Positions 60,925 through 64,000 of a stretch of DNA of 64,000 nt are shown here, piece after piece. The notes beneath the pieces are model-generated. The model did no database searches. It saw only the letters and a program-made list of their open reading frames with translations, and had not been told where the DNA came from. Positions within the stretch are counted from its first letter, which is position 1, and every line of letters begins with the position of its first letter. Made by a program: the position numbers and the translations under genes. This DNA comes from an uncultured virus (IMG/VR IMGVR_UViG_2615840715_000006) (Duplodnaviria > Heunggongvirae > Uroviricota > Caudoviricetes). The stretch lies in IMG/VR virus record IMGVR_UViG_2615840715_000006. The stretch is one strand, 5' to 3'.

Positions 60925-62588
60925 GCCGCCCTCCGCTCGGGCGCGGCCGACATCACGAGCCGGCGAATGTCGCGCCGGTTGAACTGGAAGGTGATCAGCG
61001 CCGACGCCCGGTAGCGGGTGAGCCCGTAATCCTGCCGCTGCTCGGGCGAGAGGTATTGCAGCTGCTTCTCGGTCGGCGTCTGCGTCAGCCAGCGCTTCGA
61101 CTTGAAGGCGCTCTCGTCGCTCTCGTGTTCGTTCAGCCAATCGTCGGCCTGCGCCAGACAGACGGTACGCTCGCCCACGCCGAGGAGGCGCGTCCGCTCA
61201 TTCTTGCCACCGCCTACGGCATGCCAGCGCCCCTCGAGGTAGAACACGCCGCCCCAGGCGTTGAACCCGCTCGCCATGAGCGCGGACTCGTCGTCGAACA
61301 GGTCCTCCCAGGCGAAGCTGGAGCGCTTGAGGAGGTCGATCTCGGACATGACCACGCTGTCGAGCGGCGGTACCCCGTCGCGGAGGAACTCGAATCCGCA
61401 GATCGGGCATTGGCGGGCAGCGAGCGGGACCGTCGCCTCGCATTCCGGGCAGGTCTTCGTCGGCGCGTCGCACGGTGTGGGATCGCGCCCGTCGAGATCG
61501 ACGTCCTGCTCGAGCGTGCCGTGGGTCAGGCTCGAGATCCCGAAATCCAGAACGATGCAGTCGGTCTTGACGATGCCCGGATGCTCGGCGGGATCGACCG
61601 TGCGCAGGCCGCGCCCGACCATCTGGATCATGGTGGACTTGCAGGAGCTGGGGCGCAACAGCACCACGCAGGAGGTCGGCGGGTGGTCCCAACCCTCGGT
61701 CAGCACCGCCACGTTGACGACGACGTGGATCTCGCCAGCGGCATAGGCTGCGAGGATCCGACGGCGCGTCTCGGAGCCGAGATCGCCGTGGATGACGCCG
61801 GCGGGGATCCCGTCACTGTTGAATGCCTCGGCGACGTTTTCCGCGTGGGCGACTGTCGAGCAGAAGACCACGGTCTGCCGGTCGCCGGCCTTCTCGCGCC
61901 AGTGCCGGATGACCTCGGCCGTGATCGGCGCGCGGTTCATGATCTCTGCCACCGCGCCCATGTCGTAGTCGGACGCGGTCTTGCGCACGGCACGAAGTTT
62001 CTCCTGCACGCCCACATCGATCACGAAGGTGCGCGGGGCTACGAGGTGACCAGAGGCGATCAGCTCGGCCAGCGTGACCTGGTCGCCGACGTTGTCGAAG
62101 ACAGCGCGCAGCCCTTTCCGGTCGCCGCGGTTGGGCGTCGCCGTGACGCCGAAGATGCGCGCTTCGGGATTGGCATCGCGCACCCGGTCGATGATCCGAC
62201 GATAGCTGTCGGCCACCGCGTGATGCGCCTCGTCGATCACCAGCAGATCGAGCGTGGGCATCGCCTTCAGGCTCGACGAGCGCGACAGCGTCGGCGCCAT
62301 GGCAAAGGTGACCTGGCCGGCCCACGACTTCGAGCCGGCATCCACCACGGACGTGGTCACCTCCGGATTGACCCGGGCGAACTTCGCGCGGTTCTGGCCG
62401 GTCAGCTCGTCGCGATGGGCGAGAACGCAGGCCTTGGCCTCCGTCTCCTCCACCAGCTTGCCGGTGACCGCGGAGAGCATGATGGTCTTGCCCGCGCCCG
62501 TGGGCGCGACACCGAGCGTGTTGCCGTGCTTCGAGAGCGCAGCGAGGCTGCGCTCCACAAAGACTTTCTGGCGGGGACGAAGCCGCAT
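60921..62588 (-). CDS. SF2 DEAH helicase
   Basis: APTGAGKT, DEAH, QMVGRGLR. Confidence 0.92.
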   Translation of the reverse strand: MRLRPRQKVFVERSLAALSKHGNTLGVAPTGAGKTIMLSAVTGKLVEETEAKACVLAHRDELTGQNRAKFARVNPEVTTSVVDAGSKSWAGQVTFAMAPTLSRSSSLKAMPTLDLLVIDEAHHAVADSYRRIIDRVRDANPEARIFGVTATPNRGDRKGLRAVFDNVGDQVTLAELIASGHLVAPRTFVIDVGVQEKLRAVRKTASDYDMGAVAEIMNRAPITAEVIRHWREKAGDRQTVVFCSTVAHAENVAEAFNSDGIPAGVIHGDLGSETRRRILAAYAAGEIHVVVNVAVLTEGWDHPPTSCVVLLRPSSCKSTMIQMVGRGLRTVDPAEHPGIVKTDCIVLDFGISSLTHGTLEQDVDLDGRDPTPCDAPTKTCPECEATVPLAARQCPICGFEFLRDGVPPLDSVVMSEIDLLKRSSFAWEDLFDDESALMASGFNAWGGVFYLEGRWHAVGGGKNERTRLLGVGERTVCLAQADDWLNEHESDESAFKSKRWLTQTPTEKQLQYLSPEQRQDYGLTRYRASALITFQFNRRDIRRLVMSAAPERRAA

Positions 62589-62598
62589 CGGACGCCCC

Positions 62599-63201
62599 TC
62601 ACTGCGCCCAAGCCGGACGCCCCGGCGCCGCCGGAGCAGTCGGCTGCGATGCCGCCGCCGGCTGCGGCGCGGGCTGCGATGGCGGCTGGTAGCCATGGCC
62701 GGCCGTGCCCATGACCTGCGCGTAGTCGCGATGGTCTGGCGTGACCGCGGCACGGATCTCGTTCTTGTCCTCGCCCATCGCATCGGAGCCGATGTCGATG
62801 CGCGCGACGAACTCCAGCCCGTCGAGGTCGGCGAAGCCGTTGATCCGACGTGCGGCCTGCGCCTCGGGCGAGGTGTCCTTGTCCGAGATCCCGCGCGCCG
62901 AGTTGAGCATGCCGCGGACGAGGCTGCGGCCCATGTTGGCCCAGTCCGGCCCCTTGGGGCTGTGCAGCCCGATCAGCGTGAAGATCTTGCGCCGGGCATA
63001 GGGGCCCTCGAGCACGGTGAACTCGCCGTTGAGATACACCGCACCGGTGGAGCCGCGGGTGGCATAGCCCCCGGTCCAGCCCTGCGACGGGTCGTCGAAG
63101 CCGCCGGGGCGGATGGTCAGGCGCACCTTGGCGAGCGTCCCCTTGGGGATGAGGTTCGTGTTGGACTGCGCGTCGTTGAAATCGTTCCAGAGACCGGTCA
63201 T
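62599..63201 (-). CDS. Phage SSB-like protein
   Basis: MTGLWNDFND..PAWAQ; paralog of 35664..36287. Confidence 0.65.
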   Translation of the reverse strand: MTGLWNDFNDAQSNTNLIPKGTLAKVRLTIRPGGFDDPSQGWTGGYATRGSTGAVYLNGEFTVLEGPYARRKIFTLIGLHSPKGPDWANMGRSLVRGMLNSARGISDKDTSPEAQAARRINGFADLDGLEFVARIDIGSDAMGEDKNEIRAAVTPDHRDYAQVMGTAGHGYQPPSQPAPQPAAASQPTAPAAPGRPAWAQ

Positions 63202-63215
63202 GGCGTGGGGTCCTT

Positions 63216-64000
63216 TCAGTTGGTGGGATCGGATTGAGGGGTCGCGGCGGGCGCCGGGATGCGCGGCGCGTCGGTGACGAGCGGGCGCGCATCGATCGGC
63301 AGCGGTTGGCGGATCTTCTCGATGAGCCGGCCGAGATGCGGCGGCTCGAGCAGGTCGAGGCGTCCGGAGCGGTCCTTGGCCGGATAGCCCCAGCGGTTCT
63401 GCGTGTGGCAGACGAAGACCCGCTGCGGCACGCCATTGTCGTCGGGCAGCGAAGTGAGCGTCAGCACCTCGTCGACGATGCCCGGCAGTTCCAGCCCGGT
63501 CTTGGACCCATCGATCTGCGGGACGAAGACCTTGCGATTGAAGTCGTCGACCTTCTCGTCGAGGATCCCGACGAAGATCACGTTCTTGGCGCGCGTGTGC
63601 TGGAGATGCGTGAGCCAGGCGATCATCTCGCGGCCATGCAGCCCGTAGGCCCCACGGACGTCCGGCTTGCCGGTCTTGTCCGAATGCGCCTCCGGCTGGC
63701 CCTTGCACCACTGGAAGCAGAGCCGCCCCGCGACGGTGATCGAGTCGATGAAGACCGTGTCGTACTTCTCCAGCACCTGCGGATCGCCGTACTTCTGGCA
63801 GATTGCCTGGTAGTGGTCCTCGCTGTAGGGCTGGTCCTTGCGCAGCGCCGGGTTCGGACCGCCAATGAACACAGCGAAGTCGCGACATTCCCGCCAGGTG
63901 CGCGGGCGGATCGTGTCGATCGCCAGCCCCTCAATGGCGAGATCGCCGGCCTCGAGGTCGAAAAACAGCGAGGTGGTCGAATTGAGTGTGCGCAGAAGCG
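63216..64000 (-). CDS. Sak4-like AAA_24 ATPase (5' end outside window)
   Basis: VFIDSIT, AKDRSG. Confidence 0.85.
   Translation of the reverse strand, partial: LLRTLNSTTSLFFDLEAGDLAIEGLAIDTIRPRTWRECRDFAVFIGGPNPALRKDQPYSEDHYQAICQKYGDPQVLEKYDTVFIDSITVAGRLCFQWCKGQPEAHSDKTGKPDVRGAYGLHGREMIAWLTHLQHTRAKNVIFVGILDEKVDDFNRKVFVPQIDGSKTGLELPGIVDEVLTLTSLPDDNGVPQRVFVCHTQNRWGYPAKDRSGRLDLLEPPHLGRLIEKIRQPLPIDARPLVTDAPRIPAPAATPQSDPTN

Larger units (their letters stand above)
51684..64000. mobile_element. Prophage-like element 2 (partial, paralog of element 1)
   Basis: Same gene order as 23496..37200 with diverged sequence. Confidence 0.9.

Overview
High-GC alphaproteobacterial (Rhodobacterales-like) DNA consisting almost entirely of two related temperate phage-like elements. 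Element 1 (<1..~51673, mostly minus strand) runs: lysis genes; a GTA-type tail/baseplate; a transposase-free merR-merTPFA mercury cassette inside the late operon; a lambda-type head/terminase module; a DNA methyltransferase cluster interrupted by an IS110 element; a cos-like site; a replication/recombination operon; a regulatory block (705-aa protein, Mu Com-like zinc finger, sigma-like protein); a divergent DUF2924/large serine recombinase operon; and cargo (type I RM, a HEPN-motif gene, DUF5131/TcmP). It ends at a possible tRNA 3'-end att fragment and an assembly gap. Element 2 (51684..>64000) is a diverged paralog spanning terS to the Sak4-like gene. Highlights read directly from the sequence: (1) an IS110 bridge RNA whose guide segments match the donor junction and the right half of the insertion site; (2) two C5 methyltransferase loci with overlapping alpha/beta reading frames, one dual-coding along its full length; (3) a three-copy TGTCCC-N14-GGTGGCTTT promoter-like motif plus RBS-occluding hairpins, suggesting a repressor-less Com -> sigma -> replication/excision cascade; (4) a -1 frameshift tail-chaperone extension missing from the ORF track. 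Family names are recalled from motif recognition, not database searches.
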